Below are positions 61,647-64,000 of a stretch of DNA of 64,000 nucleotides, one piece after another. Source of the DNA: an uncultured delta proteobacterium (GTDB taxonomy: Bacteria; Desulfobacterota; BSN033; UBA1163); the NCBI GenBank assembly GCA_963827685.1, contig CAWHBU010000009.1:3357-67356 (forward strand), read 5' to 3'. Below the pieces are notes generated by a model. It was given only the letters and a program-made list of their open reading frames with translations, had not been told where the DNA came from and made no database searches. The stretch's first letter is position 1, and every line of letters starts with the position of its first letter. A program made the position numbers and the translations under genes.

Positions 61647-64000
61647 ATGGATGGAAAGATAGGTTCCGTATTGGTGATAGGCGCTGGAGTTGCCGGAATT
61701 CAAGCCTCACTCGATCTGGCCGAATCAGGATACCATGTCAATCTGGTAGAGAGAAGAGGCAATTTGATGGGTGCAGCAGCGAACAACTGTTGTAAAGGGG
61801 TCGAGGAGTGCAACAGGTGCATGCTGTGCCAAGTGAGTGAGAAGGCCTTCCAGGTCATCACCCATCCCCGGATCACTCTGTTTCGCCACGGAGAGGTCGT
61901 GAAGGTCGAAGGAGAGCCCGGTCACTTTAGTGCCACGGTTCAGCGTTTTCCCGAAATGAATGAGCGAGGCTGCCCCATCTGTGACAAGCTTCCACTTTAC
62001 GCTGTACCCGTCAAGTCCGATCCCGAAGAGATTAAACTGGACGTGGCAGGCGTGATCATGGCCATCGGATTTAAGCTCTTTGACCCGAGCCCATTGCCTG
62101 AGTTCGGCTATGGAAGGTACAAAGACGTTGTCACAGCCGTCGAGTTTGAAAGGATGATCCATGAGCGAACAGGCCTCTTTTGCTCTGACGGCAGAATACC
62201 TCGCCGCATTGCCTTTATTCAATGCGTGGGTTCCAGAGATCCCAAAATCGGGAACCCCTGGTGTTCTGCAGCCTGCTGTTCTTTTACCCTCAAAGAGGCC
62301 ATTGTTGCCAAGGAGTATGTAAAGGATCTTGAGCCCACCATCTTCTTCATGGACCAGAGGCCTTACGGCAAGGATTCGGAACGGTATCTCAGCCGGGCAA
62401 AGGAGCAGTACGGAGTAAAATATATCCGCAGTGGCGTTTCCAAGGTCGAAGCAGCAGGGGATGGAAAAGGCCTTGTGGTCACCTATACCAGTGAAACAGG
62501 TGGGGTATCGACTGCTCAGTTTGATATGGTAGCCCTTTCCATCGGCCTCGAATGCGCAGTCACCGCCAAAAAATTGAGTCGGGAATTTGGCATTGAGCTC
62601 AACCCTTATGGCTTCTGCTGGGCGTCGCCGTTTTCTCCTCTAGAGACCTCAAGGCAGGGTTTCCTTGTTTGTGGGACTTTTGGTGGCCCCAACGATATGA
62701 CCGAGTCTGCCATGCAGGCCAGTGGGGCGGCTGCAGATACCTTGGGGATTTTAGCAAAAGCCAAATTCGATCACGTTCCTCAAAAAAGCTATCCTCCCGA
62801 GAGGGATATATCCGGAGAGGCACCGAAGGTGGGAGTCTTTCTCTGCCAATGCGGGGATTATATTGGAAAGACGGTTGACGTTGCTTCGTTAACACAGTTT
62901 GCCAGCGCTCTTCCGGAAGTCACGTACTGCGATCAAAGACGATACGCTTGTTCAGAGGAGTTCCGGGATGAGATGAAGGAGGCCATAAAAGTTCATGGGC
63001 TCAACCGCGTGGTGATCGGATCTTGTTCCTTTTTCACCCATGGTTCTCTCTTTCAGGAAACGTTGCGAGAAGCTGGCCTGAACCCATATCTGATGGAGAT
63101 GGTCAACCTCAGGGACCAGTGTGCTCGCGTTCACAGTCATGATCCTGAAAAGGCCACGATGAAAGCAAAGGACCTGATTAGAATGGAAGTGGCCAAGGCG
63201 CGGTTCTTGGAACCGTTGTATCGCCTCTCCAAAACCATGAATCCTTCAGCCCTGGTGGTAGGCGGAGGGATAACCGGAATGGTGAGCGCTATCAGTCTGG
63301 CCGAAAAAGGGTTCGATGTGCACTTAGTGGAGAAAACGACCCAATTGGGTGGGCATGCCTTGAGGATTCAACACACCTTGGAAGGAGGTAACGTTCAGGC
63401 TTACCTTTCTGATCTTATTGAAAAGGTGAACGGGTTTCCTAAGATCCACGTCCATAAGAGTTCTGAATTGACGGCCTATCAAGGCCGAGTGGGGGATTAC
63501 ACGAGTCGCATCAGGGCAACCTTAGGAGAAGAAAGGGAGATCAAACATGGAGTGACGATCATTGCCGCAGGAGGTCGAGAGTACAAACCCGACGAATATC
63601 TGTACGGCCAGGATCCCAGGGTCCTGATTTCAGTGGAGTTGGAGGAGGAGATCGATCGGAGAACCGAAAGGGTAGCCCAAAGTCAAACGATCGTGATGAT
63701 TCAGTGTGTGGGTTCTCGAAACGAAGTAAGGCCTTATTGCAGCAGACTTTGCTGTGCCAAGTCCGTCAAGAACGCGATCAGCCTCAAGACCCTCAATCCT
63801 AAGATGAACGTTTATATCCTCTATCGGGATATGAGAACCTATGGGTTTCGAGAATCCTACTATCAGGAGGCGAGGGAGAAGGGGGTTATTTTCATTCGCT
63901 ACGACTTGGATCGAATCCCAGAGGTGAAGGCCGTGGGAGATATCCTGAGGGTGACGGTCCATGACATCATCCTCGGCGAGCGTATGGAGATCGATGCGGA
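61647..64000 (+). CDS. Large tandem HdrA-like (HdrL-type) flavo-iron-sulfur oxidoreductase; partial, runs off the right edge
   Basis: Not in the ORF track because no stop lies in the window. Translation from the ATG at 61647 gives MDGKIGSVLVIGAGVAGIQASLDLAESGY..., the first FAD module (CVGSRD...CSAACC). Next comes VGVFLCQCGDYIGKTVDV, then a second Rossmann module ALVVGGGITGMVSAISLAEKGF... with CVGSRNEVRPYCSRLCC. The frame is open for 784 codons with no in-frame TGA. Confidence 0.8.
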   Translation, partial: MDGKIGSVLVIGAGVAGIQASLDLAESGYHVNLVERRGNLMGAAANNCCKGVEECNRCMLCQVSEKAFQVITHPRITLFRHGEVVKVEGEPGHFSATVQRFPEMNERGCPICDKLPLYAVPVKSDPEEIKLDVAGVIMAIGFKLFDPSPLPEFGYGRYKDVVTAVEFERMIHERTGLFCSDGRIPRRIAFIQCVGSRDPKIGNPWCSAACCSFTLKEAIVAKEYVKDLEPTIFFMDQRPYGKDSERYLSRAKEQYGVKYIRSGVSKVEAAGDGKGLVVTYTSETGGVSTAQFDMVALSIGLECAVTAKKLSREFGIELNPYGFCWASPFSPLETSRQGFLVCGTFGGPNDMTESAMQASGAAADTLGILAKAKFDHVPQKSYPPERDISGEAPKVGVFLCQCGDYIGKTVDVASLTQFASALPEVTYCDQRRYACSEEFRDEMKEAIKVHGLNRVVIGSCSFFTHGSLFQETLREAGLNPYLMEMVNLRDQCARVHSHDPEKATMKAKDLIRMEVAKARFLEPLYRLSKTMNPSALVVGGGITGMVSAISLAEKGFDVHLVEKTTQLGGHALRIQHTLEGGNVQAYLSDLIEKVNGFPKIHVHKSSELTAYQGRVGDYTSRIRATLGEEREIKHGVTIIAAGGREYKPDEYLYGQDPRVLISVELEEEIDRRTERVAQSQTIVMIQCVGSRNEVRPYCSRLCCAKSVKNAISLKTLNPKMNVYILYRDMRTYGFRESYYQEAREKGVIFIRYDLDRIPEVKAVGDILRVTVHDIILGERMEIDA

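Noticed and set aside
61725-63962. Minus-strand ORFs 61725-62222, 62599-62895, 62952-63140 and 63630-63962
   Set aside because: They are antisense to a continuous plus-strand HdrA-like reading frame with strong family motifs. No Shine-Dalgarno sequences or motifs support them.
61647-64000. Selenocysteine recoding in the Hdr-like genes
   Set aside because: No in-frame TGA was encountered in my translation of the HdrC-like gene or the HdrA-like gene within the window.

Overview
This is a 64-kb chromosomal segment from an anaerobic bacterium. The gene content includes HdrA/HdrC-like proteins, an OYE/FadH-type reductase, several radical-SAM and Fe-S proteins, and DksA. A Desulfobacterota/Syntrophia-like or similar host is only a guess from that content.

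Most of the window is tightly packed minus-strand operons:
- a NitT/TauT-type ABC system coupled to two Fe-S proteins and an SCP2 protein (1-3053)
- a GAF histidine kinase and response regulator with galT and dksA (9.1-13.3 kb)
- a visibly GC-richer Opp/Dpp-type peptide ABC operon (13.5-19.4 kb)
- rnc, mtaB, a UPF0280 gene and vapBC (28.9-32.6 kb)
- two Liv-type ABC operons (35.3-40.3 kb and 49.9-54.7 kb)
- asd
- a carboxylate activation/reduction cluster with an OYE-type reductase, AMP-ligase, FAD oxidoreductase and acyl-CoA dehydrogenase (43.9-56.7 kb)
- nfo

On the plus strand are chrA, a YeiH-like transporter, a second kinase/regulator pair (57.5-59.9 kb) and an HdrC-like plus giant tandem HdrA-like gene that runs off the right edge.

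The accessory, mosaic part is 20.3-28.7 kb. It holds:
- an orphan GC-rich QueG-like gene behind a 30-bp perfect palindrome
- an IS1182-like element with 16-bp terminal inverted repeats
- a type II restriction-modification (R-M) cassette whose SPPY methyltransferase carries a degenerate SNase-like C-terminal domain
- a brnT remnant that appears truncated by that cassette, with an intact brnA
- a DUF6429 gene
- an IS630 element (TA target duplication, A8 frameshift site) that itself carries a nested IS200/IS605 element

Other points:
- The window has one tRNA-Ala(CGC).
- Two families of intergenic repeats occur: AT-rich AAATTCCAAA-type palindromic elements and GC-rich REP-like hairpins.
- There are several gene remnants and apparent frameshifts.
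- A promoter-to-terminator unit of about 275 nt upstream of the second kinase operon is a candidate ncRNA or leader.
- I saw no CRISPR array, no rRNA and no in-frame TGA in the Hdr genes.

No single unambiguous novel multi-gene system was identified. The best candidates for follow-up are listed in the findings. All family calls come from reading the translated sequences. No database search was run.
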